A stretch of DNA of 64,000 nucleotides, taken from a virus. Shown in pieces: positions 47,630 through 56,492 of this stretch. The stretch lies in IMG/VR virus record IMGVR_UViG_3300031857_000018, positions 1-64,000 of that record. One strand, 5' to 3'. The notes under the pieces were generated by a model. It was not told where the DNA came from, did not search any database, and worked only from the letters and a program-made list of their open reading frames with translations. The translations under genes and the position numbers were made by a program. Every line of letters begins with the position of its first letter. Position 1 is the first letter of the stretch.

Positions 47630-48145
47630 TTAAATATTTGCTTGTGGTTGTTGAGGTGTTGGCTCAGGCGTAGGTTCAGGAGCTGGCTTTTCACCTCTTA
47701 CGTTAAAACGGAAATGTTTAATTTCTGGCTTTTGTGCAATATACCCTTGAATACGTTGTGATTCGCGTCCTGGATCTTGTCCTAATCGAAAATAGAAATA
47801 TCCAACTTTACCAGATGGTGACGCAACATGTTTAACTATAGTAAATCCTTTTTTGGTAGCCCATTCGCGGATTTCATTTGCAACAGCTTCTGCCTCTGCT
47901 GGGTTACGAAGCACATATTCAACTCCACCTCGATAATCAACAATATTATTAATTAATTGTGCTTCGTCAACCATATCTTCAGTTTCGATAAGGCCGGCAT
48001 TTTTCATTGCATCGCCATATTTTTCTACAGCTTTTATACTTTTTTCAATTTCACCAGCTGGTAAGATTTTTGGAATATTTGACGTTGGAGTTGCTGCCTC
48101 AGTTAATCCAAAGAAATCGCGATACAATTTTTTTAATTTGTTCAT
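47630..48145 (-). CDS. hypothetical protein (possible prohead protein)
   Basis: 171-aa ORF with GLTE/LIE potential cleavage sites. Confidence 0.7.
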   Translation of the reverse strand: MNKLKKLYRDFFGLTEAATPTSNIPKILPAGEIEKSIKAVEKYGDAMKNAGLIETEDMVDEAQLINNIVDYRGGVEYVLRNPAEAEAVANEIREWATKKGFTIVKHVASPSGKVGYFYFRLGQDPGRESQRIQGYIAQKPEIKHFRFNVRGEKPAPEPTPEPTPQQPQANI

Positions 48146-48158
48146 CTTTATACCTTAT

Positions 48159-48187
48159 AATATAAGTAATTAGTTATCAATATCCAA
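48159..48187 (-). promoter_or_regulatory. early/middle-type promoter TTGGAT-N17-TATATT upstream of the orf-bS21 unit
   Basis: same architecture as the elements before replication genes. Confidence 0.6.
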
Positions 48188-48188
48188 A

Positions 48189-48566
48189 TTATTGCACATC
48201 AAAATATTTACTTAAACCTTGTGCAATATCTTCATATGCTGCACTTAATCTTTGTTGCAACATGTTCATTTCCTTTGCAGTCGATTCAAACACTTTGTAT
48301 GAGTCGTTCAAATTTTTCATGTGACGTTTTACAGTAACACCATCAAACCAATCTCCTGATTCTGATGCAATCTGATCTGCTTTATTTATGATATCTCGAA
48401 CTCTGGTTGTTAGTTGTTCTAAATCGCCTTTACCGTAAACAGAATCACCTAATTCACTAAATCTTTTTACTTGATCGATGAATTCTTGTTTTTCTTGTTT
48501 AGATAACGGTGTTGGTTGATCCTCTAACAAAGTTTCTAAAATATATTTTAAATTTGGTGTTTTCAT
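48189..48566 (-). CDS. hypothetical protein (possible prohead protein)
   Basis: start placed at MKTPNLKYILETLLE (48566), 1 nt after the protease stop. Confidence 0.7.
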   Translation of the reverse strand: MKTPNLKYILETLLEDQPTPLSKQEKQEFIDQVKRFSELGDSVYGKGDLEQLTTRVRDIINKADQIASESGDWFDGVTVKRHMKNLNDSYKVFESTAKEMNMLQQRLSAAYEDIAQGLSKYFDVQ

Positions 48567-48567
48567 G

Positions 48568-49194
48568 TTATATCCTACATTTTCCATCTTCACATAGTAT
48601 AGATGTAATTGCATCATGTACTCGTGCGTATTTATTTGTTATTGTTTTATTTACTGATTCATTCATCGATGTTGGACGCATAAATGCACCATGGGTTGAT
48701 GGGTTTGATACAAAGTCCCAACAAATCAATTCAAAATCTTCTTGCACTTCAACTGTGCCTTCTGATCTAAGTTCTTTAACAGATCCTAATCCACGTGATG
48801 AAATTCCTAATGTGATTCCAGCCTTGAAAAGTTCTTTAAGAATCTTACCTGACGGCGTATCTAAGATTTGCACTGCTCCTAATAAATCATCACCTTTCCA
48901 CCATATCTTCAACACGTTATGTGACACGTTGTTCAAGTTAACAACCGATGACTCTGGATGATCTAATTCGCCTAATGCACGATGTTGATTGATGTATTCT
49001 TGTTGGTATCGTTGACATTCACGTTCCAAGATGCTTCTAGGATATACTCGGCCGTTTTGATTTTTTGCGCCTGCTCTTTGCAAAACTCCTTGCACTACAA
49101 AACCACCTGGTATTCCATATGCAGCACCGCTTGATTCAGTAAGTGAACCAACTGGCTTAAATGGCATATATTCTACTATAAGTTGTTTTGACAT
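48568..49194 (-). CDS. prohead core protease (gp21-like)
   Basis: NQNGRVYP, ALGELDHP, NVSH, GISSRGLGS, DFVSNPS. Confidence 0.95.
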   Translation of the reverse strand: MSKQLIVEYMPFKPVGSLTESSGAAYGIPGGFVVQGVLQRAGAKNQNGRVYPRSILERECQRYQQEYINQHRALGELDHPESSVVNLNNVSHNVLKIWWKGDDLLGAVQILDTPSGKILKELFKAGITLGISSRGLGSVKELRSEGTVEVQEDFELICWDFVSNPSTHGAFMRPTSMNESVNKTITNKYARVHDAITSILCEDGKCRI

Positions 49195-49195
49195 A

Positions 49196-49888
49196 TTATT
49201 CCCCTAATGCTCTTACTCGTTCTGATATTTTTACTAATCGTTCTGATATTTTTTGTAACGCTTTTTTTGTGCTATTACCATATGCAGATGATGTTACTCC
49301 AGATTCTGTTTTTAATCTGGAATTATAATTCACCATTGTTTCAATTTCTTGAAGTTTACGTGCAACTTCTTTAATTGTGTTTTTTACTTTTTGTTCCGGT
49401 GTTGTTTTAGAATCAGCCGTAGCAAAAGAACGATATCCTTCAATTAGTTGCTCGTATTTTCGTTCTAACACATCTTCAACTTTAAGTTTAGTTCCGGAAT
49501 CTCGATCTTTTTTATGTGATGTTCCTGGTGAATTAGTTATATCTTTTGATGGGTATTCTAATTCTTTATTCCACCATTTTGTATCGTCAATTGAAAATGA
49601 AAATTTGTCGTTCTGTACCTCTTCGTCAAATTCAACTGTTTGATAATGACCAGGTTTATATGTTTTAGAAACTGGCTTTGTGTTTTCTTCTAGTCCAGAT
49701 GCATATCCTACATGTTTAACAGTTTTACGGAAAGCTGCAGGAGTATTATATCCAGCTACCCCGCCTGTTGCTGATACTTCATCAAGTTCTTCACAAACAC
49801 ATTCGTCAGAAGGTTTATTACACGCTTCACACTGATTTTCTAATTCAACAAATTTTTCTTCCATTTCTCGTAAAAATGACTTCATCAT
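49196..49888 (-). CDS. hypothetical protein (head module)
   Basis: 230-aa ORF; LDEVSATGGVAGYNTPAAF; overlaps its upstream neighbour. Confidence 0.7.
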   Translation of the reverse strand: MMKSFLREMEEKFVELENQCEACNKPSDECVCEELDEVSATGGVAGYNTPAAFRKTVKHVGYASGLEENTKPVSKTYKPGHYQTVEFDEEVQNDKFSFSIDDTKWWNKELEYPSKDITNSPGTSHKKDRDSGTKLKVEDVLERKYEQLIEGYRSFATADSKTTPEQKVKNTIKEVARKLQEIETMVNYNSRLKTESGVTSSAYGNSTKKALQKISERLVKISERVRALGE

Positions 49889-50733
49889 TTAACCTCTTTT
49901 AATTCGCGAATCAAATCATAATAACGTAACAACGAAAGAATATGTGATTCTTTTATTGTTTTTAAATTTTCTACATTGCATAACATTTCTGAAAGCTTTT
50001 GCACTTTAATTTTAATAACTTTATCATCAACTGGGTTTGCTAAATCAGCAAGTTGCTTTTTGATATTAGGAATTATCGTATGTACATATTCTCGCAGTGT
50101 AGCTGTATCATTAACGTGTGTAATGTATTTATTTAATAAATGTTTTTGTGATTCATCTAACCCAGAATATTTTTCATTGAATTTGTCAATTAAAAGTTTG
50201 TACGTTAATAAACGCATTTCCTTTGGTTGTGATTCAAAGTTTTCTAATACTGGATCTTTTGTTGGTTTTACTCGTTCTTGAATAATTCCATTATCAATAA
50301 TAGCACTTTTACATTCCATTAATTGTTTTGGATTATCCGTTTCTGCATATTCAAAAATCATGTTAATTGATGCTAACACTTTGTAATTGTTGATGTGCAT
50401 TTTTGACATGTTATCAAATACAAACCGATCTGAAATTTCTTTTACAAGATTATATCTTTGGCGCTTAAGCACTGTTTGATTTAGTTTTTCATGAGCAGCT
50501 TTAACTGTACGTATATAATCTAGAGCTTGTGCTTCACTACGAAATTGTTCTTTTAATAGTGCATTATATAATTGCAGTTCCTTTGATAATTCAGTATTTC
50601 TACCAAAATATTTTTTTATGATGTCAATTGTAACTGATTTATTAGATGACAATGTTTCTGAAGTTAATTTCCTAACTAACATTTCAAATAAAATACCCGT
50701 ATTCTTATATTTTGAATGTTTTAGTTTCTTCAT
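49885..50733 (-). CDS. hypothetical helical protein (head module)
   Basis: 282-aa ORF between portal and protease; late-type motif at 50760-50768. Confidence 0.75.
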   Translation of the reverse strand: MKKLKHSKYKNTGILFEMLVRKLTSETLSSNKSVTIDIIKKYFGRNTELSKELQLYNALLKEQFRSEAQALDYIRTVKAAHEKLNQTVLKRQRYNLVKEISDRFVFDNMSKMHINNYKVLASINMIFEYAETDNPKQLMECKSAIIDNGIIQERVKPTKDPVLENFESQPKEMRLLTYKLLIDKFNEKYSGLDESQKHLLNKYITHVNDTATLREYVHTIIPNIKKQLADLANPVDDKVIKIKVQKLSEMLCNVENLKTIKESHILSLLRYYDLIRELKEVK

Positions 50734-50776
50734 TTGGTATACGATGCCTTATGGTTTTATATAAATATGTTTATAA

Positions 50777-52606
50777 TTATAAAATGTTATTTTCATCTAA
50801 CATAGTTCCAGCGTCAGCGTCGTGGTCGGATGATTTTTTAAACGTTTCAGTGATGATATTAACACCTGGTTTTGTTTTCATTCCTTTAACAATATTCTCA
50901 GTTCGAGTCATAGAAAGTTTAGATCTAAAATTTGGATCTGGTTGGAATGCTGTTTTTTGATTTTCCGGATTAAATTGTTGTTTCAATTCTTTTTTACCTG
51001 TCGGATCCCATCCAAATGCATTACGGTGTTGTCCTGATTTAATTCCTTCTTTTGGTCGACCTCCCAGATCTTTATCTTCTACGTCATTGCTTGACATATG
51101 CACGGTTGCTAGGTCATGTGGTGTACCAAAAGACACTCCCGTAACAGCTGGGTCATTTCCTTCTTGTTCAATCTGATTTTGACGGAAACGAAGTTTAAGA
51201 TCCTCAATAACATCGTTACGTTCTTGCAACCACTGATCCTCAGACATATTAAAGATATACTCATAAATGTATCGATCTGATACTAATTTTGAATCTTTCA
51301 TTGTGTTTGCTAATGTAATTTTTTCATTCATTAACGCCACTTTTTGCTGATCGTATATAATTGATGGTGCTGTTAATTCTAGTTCAAATCCAACTAAATC
51401 TTCACCCTCAAATCCTTGTGAATATAAATGCACGATTGCAATTTTAGATAATTCAGAAACTACAATTTTCTGTATGCGTTCAATTGTACGAGCAAAACGA
51501 ATATCAATTGATGCTAAGTTAACTTTGCCTTCTTGCGACTCACCATACCCTAAAAACGGTTTAGGAATCTTAAGAGCAGCCATCATTTTATCTTTGATGT
51601 ATTCGATATCATCCATACCAGTAAATGTCATACCTGGCAATGTATCAATCTGAGTTGATGATTGACCTCCTCGCACTGGCAAGTAATAATCTTCCAACAT
51701 GTTGTTAAGATTAAACTTTAAATTGTAATTTCCGGTTTGTGGATCAATGTGTGGAATTTTTTTCATTTTATTGATAATTGTTTCCATGAATGTATCAACT
51801 TCATTTGGTGGAATGTTACCAATATCAATTTTGAAAATACGTTTTTCTGGTGCACGCATAATACGATGTATAAGCATCGCATCTTCCATCATCATTAATT
51901 TTTGGAATTCTTTACGGGCTCCTTCGAGCATGGATCTACCATATGGCAAGAAGTTTGAGTCTGATAACATGCGGAAGTGTGCAACTTCGTATGTGTCATA
52001 TGTCATTTGTTCTGACGCAATATTTTTGAATTTAATATCATATTCGCCAGTTGCATTGTCATATTCTTCCCAACGTTCCATTTCATAACTAGAAAATGGA
52101 CGCACATTGATAATACCTAATTCATCAGCAATATCTAGTTTTAAAAAGAAATCCCCATACTTGGTCATGTTACGAATCCATGTCCATAAATTGAATTCTA
52201 CGTTTAAGATATCGTAAAATAAATTGTATAGAATTTTTTGGAGTTGGGTATTATTTGTTTTAATTGTTAAGATTTCACCGAACTGATCTGCTAATGTAGA
52301 TTCATCTGAATATATGTCTAATGCTGCAGAAATAATTGGGTCTTTATCCATCATTTCGTAATCAGCATAAAGTTGCATACGATTCTGATGCATGTAGTAA
52401 TTAGAATCATAGCCACCCATTCCACCTACACGATGCTTATTTGCACCATGCAAACGTGTATATCGGTCTGCTACTTTGCTTTGTGCTAAATTACCTACAG
52501 ATTGTAAACGGTTTGTATCAACTACACGCAGTTTATCTTTACCATATGTTCTAACAATAACATTGGTACTAAACAGGTTTTGTAATCGTTTTCTTAATGA
52601 CGCCAT
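50777..52606 (-). CDS. portal protein (gp20-like)
   Basis: YGRSMLE, EDAMLIHRIMRAPEKRIFKIDIGN, EDYYLP, IDTLPG, ALKIP. Confidence 0.96.
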   Translation of the reverse strand: MASLRKRLQNLFSTNVIVRTYGKDKLRVVDTNRLQSVGNLAQSKVADRYTRLHGANKHRVGGMGGYDSNYYMHQNRMQLYADYEMMDKDPIISAALDIYSDESTLADQFGEILTIKTNNTQLQKILYNLFYDILNVEFNLWTWIRNMTKYGDFFLKLDIADELGIINVRPFSSYEMERWEEYDNATGEYDIKFKNIASEQMTYDTYEVAHFRMLSDSNFLPYGRSMLEGARKEFQKLMMMEDAMLIHRIMRAPEKRIFKIDIGNIPPNEVDTFMETIINKMKKIPHIDPQTGNYNLKFNLNNMLEDYYLPVRGGQSSTQIDTLPGMTFTGMDDIEYIKDKMMAALKIPKPFLGYGESQEGKVNLASIDIRFARTIERIQKIVVSELSKIAIVHLYSQGFEGEDLVGFELELTAPSIIYDQQKVALMNEKITLANTMKDSKLVSDRYIYEYIFNMSEDQWLQERNDVIEDLKLRFRQNQIEQEGNDPAVTGVSFGTPHDLATVHMSSNDVEDKDLGGRPKEGIKSGQHRNAFGWDPTGKKELKQQFNPENQKTAFQPDPNFRSKLSMTRTENIVKGMKTKPGVNIITETFKKSSDHDADAGTMLDENNIL

Positions 52607-52654
52607 ATTTTCTTTTAATATAAATATAACTAGTTACAGAACCGGTGGTGTTTT

Positions 52655-54235
52655 TTATCTGATCAACCAAGTTAGGTCTTGATCTCCATCACCTGGGTTC
52701 CAGTTCCATCCGGTGTTGTCCATATTTGGCTTTCCGGTGTAAATAACTGGGTTAGTTTTTTGAAATGATGATAGTGCTCGTTTATTTAGGTCAATACCCT
52801 GTTGTCGTAGTTTTAATGCTGTATCTCGTAACCACAATGTAATTGCATACGCCATCACAAGGTCATCATTATATCCTTGCTGTGCTTGTGCTTTACCATT
52901 AAGCCATACAAATACTAATAGTTCTTGTATTAGCCTCTTACTGCGTATAACCGGGGTTCTTTCACGCATATACATTTCTAATGCAGATATCATTAATGGT
53001 CGTGTACGTGATGTAGTTGATACTCCAGGAACCATTTGGCTCTTATCTTTCATATCATAACCTTTACGAAGTTGCACGGATGCATCAGTGTATCCATCGT
53101 CTTTGTATGTGTAATGTAGGTTCTGATATCCTCGGTCAAGTGCCGGTTGAATTGCGGCCCATCCGATGTTTGCATTTTCAATTGCTAGCAAAGCATTGTT
53201 CCATTCGGTTGCAACTGTGACGAGCATGTTACCAAAATCATTCGGCGCAATCTTGCCTTTATACTCAGCAACTTGTCGTACGTCCTGAACATCAAATATT
53301 TGAAATGTTGAAAAGTCACCACCATCGCCTCGGGCAACGTCAGCCACAACCGTGTAATCTTTTGCATAGTCTGGATATTCCCATACCCAATAATTTCCAT
53401 CAAAACCTCTACGTTCAAGTGGTTCTTCTGTTAAATTATCATACTCTAGGAGCAATGGACCATCCACGACAGTATGACCTGAACTAACAAAGTCACAGTC
53501 ACATTCTTGTGCTGCACCTCGTTCACCTAACAGCTGTGTTTGTTCATCACGCCATTGTTGATCTCGTTCTGGATGCACCGTCCAATGCAGTTTAATTGTG
53601 TGGAATCCATTAATGGCTGCTTCGGCATCTGCCCATGTTTGATGAAACCAGTTACCAACTCCATTCGGAGTAGAAAGAACAATTGCACCTCCACCTGTTG
53701 ATAGTGTTGCTTGCGATGCTATCCATATTTCTTCAATGTTTCTGATGAACGCGGCCTCATCTACTATTAGCAATGATAATGCTTCTGAACGTGCTCCTGT
53801 GGTTGCTGATGATACTGCTTTGATTTGTGAGCCGTTCTTAAATTTCAATGATAATTTGTTATCGGCTTCAACTGTACCCTTCAACCAACTTGGCAAGTTG
53901 TCATGCATCACTCGCACTTTGGTTACTAGGTTTTTTGCTACTTCTTGTGTAGTTGCGATAACTAACACGTTGAAGTCTTCTGCAAACAACATGCTCCATA
54001 ATGCAAATCCGGCAGATAGAGTTGAGATACCTAGCTGACGAGACTTAAGAATAACATTGTATCGATTATCTCGTAATTCAGTTAATGAATCTTCCTGAAA
54101 CGGGAATAAATTAAATTTGATCTTGCCTCGTTTAGGATGTTGAATATAACAATAGTTACGCATAAAAAACACAGGATCTTTAGCACATTGCATGTACTGC
54201 TGTTGAATGATCTGTTTTATGCTTGGTTGTGCCAT
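52655..54235 (-). CDS. terL: terminase large subunit (gp17-like)
   Basis: KSRQLGIST, LIVDEAAF, LSTPNG, ADVARG, IENAN, NDDLVMA. Confidence 0.96.
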   Translation of the reverse strand: MAQPSIKQIIQQQYMQCAKDPVFFMRNYCYIQHPKRGKIKFNLFPFQEDSLTELRDNRYNVILKSRQLGISTLSAGFALWSMLFAEDFNVLVIATTQEVAKNLVTKVRVMHDNLPSWLKGTVEADNKLSLKFKNGSQIKAVSSATTGARSEALSLLIVDEAAFIRNIEEIWIASQATLSTGGGAIVLSTPNGVGNWFHQTWADAEAAINGFHTIKLHWTVHPERDQQWRDEQTQLLGERGAAQECDCDFVSSGHTVVDGPLLLEYDNLTEEPLERRGFDGNYWVWEYPDYAKDYTVVADVARGDGGDFSTFQIFDVQDVRQVAEYKGKIAPNDFGNMLVTVATEWNNALLAIENANIGWAAIQPALDRGYQNLHYTYKDDGYTDASVQLRKGYDMKDKSQMVPGVSTTSRTRPLMISALEMYMRERTPVIRSKRLIQELLVFVWLNGKAQAQQGYNDDLVMAYAITLWLRDTALKLRQQGIDLNKRALSSFQKTNPVIYTGKPNMDNTGWNWNPGDGDQDLTWLIR

Positions 54236-54236
54236 A

Positions 54237-54608
54237 TTACTTTGCTACTTGAAATATTAATATAGTAGATAGAATTCCGCCAGTAAACCAAATTGCTTTA
54301 TTATCATACCAACGTGGTTGTAATCTCTTTTCACGTTCTACATACAAATCAATGTTAGTTTTAAGCAATTTAGATTGTGTAGTTAAATAATTAATTTGCA
54401 ATGAATCTAAATTTATTAAATGCTTTTGATCTGATATTAATGCTCGTTGTTCGTCAATAATTTTATCATTGATATCACAAACTGCATACAATGAATCAAG
54501 CGTAAATGAAATATCTAGTATTTGTTCTTCAGTAAAACATGTATCTGTTTTTTCTTGTCCGTAACTAAATAACGGCAAAAAACATAATATGATTAATAGT
54601 TTTTTCAT
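54237..54608 (-). CDS. secreted/membrane coiled-coil protein, possible spanin component
   Basis: signal peptide MKKLLIILCFLPLFSYG/Q, coiled coil, C-terminal hydrophobic segment. Confidence 0.45.
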   Translation of the reverse strand: MKKLLIILCFLPLFSYGQEKTDTCFTEEQILDISFTLDSLYAVCDINDKIIDEQRALISDQKHLINLDSLQINYLTTQSKLLKTNIDLYVEREKRLQPRWYDNKAIWFTGGILSTILIFQVAK

Positions 54609-54952
54609 TTGTTTTTTGATTTTCTTCCACGACGGCTTGTTTTGTTCAGAATGTTTTCTTTAGCAACATTAACATCGGTTGGTTCTTGGATTACGATATT
54701 TTCTTTTTTCTCTTCCAATTCCTCAATTAATTCTTCATGCTGTGTAATTTCTTCTTTAACCTCAGCTCGTTGTTCTTCTACTACTTCGATTTTGCCTTGT
54801 AGTTCATCAATTTGTTGTTTGTTATCATCAATCTTTTGTTTAATCTTGTCAGATTTTTTTTCATTTTGTTTTTTTGAAATGATAACAAATAATCCGAATA
54901 CTGCAGCCAATGCAGCAACGATTATTGCCCAATACTTTTTAATTGTTTTCAT
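54605..54952 (-). CDS. membrane-anchored coiled-coil protein, possible i-spanin
   Basis: single N-terminal TM followed by a long coiled coil. Confidence 0.5.
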   Translation of the reverse strand: MKTIKKYWAIIVAALAAVFGLFVIISKKQNEKKSDKIKQKIDDNKQQIDELQGKIEVVEEQRAEVKEEITQHEELIEELEEKKENIVIQEPTDVNVAKENILNKTSRRGRKSKNK

Positions 54953-55589
54953 GTTGTGATTCTTTATCTAAGTTTGCTAAAAATTTTTCTTTGAATGTAT
55001 TAAATTGTGCTTGCACTGTTTCTTCAAATTCTTCTGGTGTCATTCGAGCGGTCCAATTTTCTTTTTCGCCTTCTGAATTTGTTACGAATTGTGAAGCTTG
55101 TGTATACGTTTCTTTTAATAATGCAACATCTCGTTCTGCCTCTGCTAACCAAGCTAATGCATTTTCTCGAATTTTGTTTCGTTCATATTCTTCATAACGA
55201 CCTTCTTTTTTCAATTCATGTTCCATTTCAATCACACAATCAAAACACATTCCGTGTAGCTTACGCATCTTTTCATTGAGTGGATGTTTTTCTAAACAAG
55301 TGCAAGTCTCTTTGCGACAGTTTGGATATGAACGAAGTTCTTCACGTACCGATTGTAACACATCTGATGCTTTTGTTTTTTTAATACGAAAACCATCTCG
55401 TTGTTCAATTATGTATGTAGTACCACTTACTGGATCTGTTTCTTCCCAAACATCACCAACGTCATGGCGTTCATTTTTCTTAGCAGCAGAATCTGCATCA
55501 GAAAAACCCACAGTTTTTTTAGTTTGAAACTTGTGGTTACCATCCAACATTTGTTGAATGGCTTTGACATTTTGTAACTTTTTAGACAT
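54939..55589 (-). CDS. hypothetical protein with Cys cluster
   Basis: PNCRKETCTC...GMCFDC. Confidence 0.7.
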   Translation of the reverse strand: MSKKLQNVKAIQQMLDGNHKFQTKKTVGFSDADSAAKKNERHDVGDVWEETDPVSGTTYIIEQRDGFRIKKTKASDVLQSVREELRSYPNCRKETCTCLEKHPLNEKMRKLHGMCFDCVIEMEHELKKEGRYEEYERNKIRENALAWLAEAERDVALLKETYTQASQFVTNSEGEKENWTARMTPEEFEETVQAQFNTFKEKFLANLDKESQHENN

Positions 55590-55595
55590 ATAACT

Positions 55596-56462
55596 TTATT
55601 TTTTATTGTTTACTTCAGCATTTAATGATGCTAATTTTTTAACCATTGCAATTCGAATCATTTTATAAAAATTTGCTTGATCTGCTGGCTCTGCATCTTT
55701 AAGTGCTAAATTAATTGCTTTCAACGTAATTTTAGCTCGAGCAATATTTCCTTCTTGTGTTTTTAAATAATTAACAAAACGATCTAGATCCATCACCGCA
55801 GTTGTCTCTGCAGATGCTTCGGGGGCAGCTGCTGGTGCTTCTGCTGATGTGTCCGGTGCCGGAGTTTCGGCAGGAGTTTCTGCTGGTACGTCAGTTGGTA
55901 CTTCTGCAGACATATCAGGTGCTGGTGGAGCAGCCATATCAGGTGCAGGAGGTGTAGTTGTGTCAGTAGCGGCTGCATCGGCAGGTGGTGTTTCAGCTGC
56001 AGGCTCTTCTACTGGTGGCTCTTCTACTGGTGCTTCTTCTTCAGGCGCTGTTACAGGTTGCTCAATTAACATTGAAGCAATTTTTCTACGTACATATTCT
56101 CTAACTAAACGTTCTTTTTGTTCGCGAGTTAAGTTTTCAATTTTATCTTTAAGAACGTCTGCAGTTTCTTTTTCTTCCGCATCTTGACGCTTTTTAAGTT
56201 TTTTAGCAGCATCCTTTGGTTCGTATTCTGCTTTTTCTAAATCTTTGTATAAACGATCTTCAGCGTTATATTTAACATTTAAATCGCCAGTATCAACCAT
56301 TTCTTTGTCTGTTTTACGTAATACGTTAAGATGTTTTTCACCCGTAGATTTTGGATTCATTCCTCCATCTTTGTCATCCATTGTGTAATCTTTAAGATCT
56401 TTTCTGGATTTGTATTTTGTGTTTTCTGGTTTTTTATACTTGCTTTTATGTTTTTCAGCCAT
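55596..56462 (-). CDS. hypothetical protein with Pro/Ala/Glu-rich linker
   Basis: APEEEAPVEEPPVEEP, PPAPDMAAPPAPDM, PAETPAETP; late-type motif at 56485-56493. Confidence 0.75.
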   Translation of the reverse strand: MAEKHKSKYKKPENTKYKSRKDLKDYTMDDKDGGMNPKSTGEKHLNVLRKTDKEMVDTGDLNVKYNAEDRLYKDLEKAEYEPKDAAKKLKKRQDAEEKETADVLKDKIENLTREQKERLVREYVRRKIASMLIEQPVTAPEEEAPVEEPPVEEPAAETPPADAAATDTTTPPAPDMAAPPAPDMSAEVPTDVPAETPAETPAPDTSAEAPAAAPEASAETTAVMDLDRFVNYLKTQEGNIARAKITLKAINLALKDAEPADQANFYKMIRIAMVKKLASLNAEVNNKK

Positions 56463-56492
56463 CAGTTTATTCCTTATTATTTAATATAAATA

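Noticed and set aside
3658-54235. Inteins or group I introns in polB, nrdJ, helicase, recA or terL
   Set aside because: All are uninterrupted and of normal length; no splicing or homing-endonuclease motifs were seen.
54939-55589. Terminase small subunit assignment for the gene near terL
   Set aside because: Position is suggestive but I recognise no TerS motif, so it is left as hypothetical.
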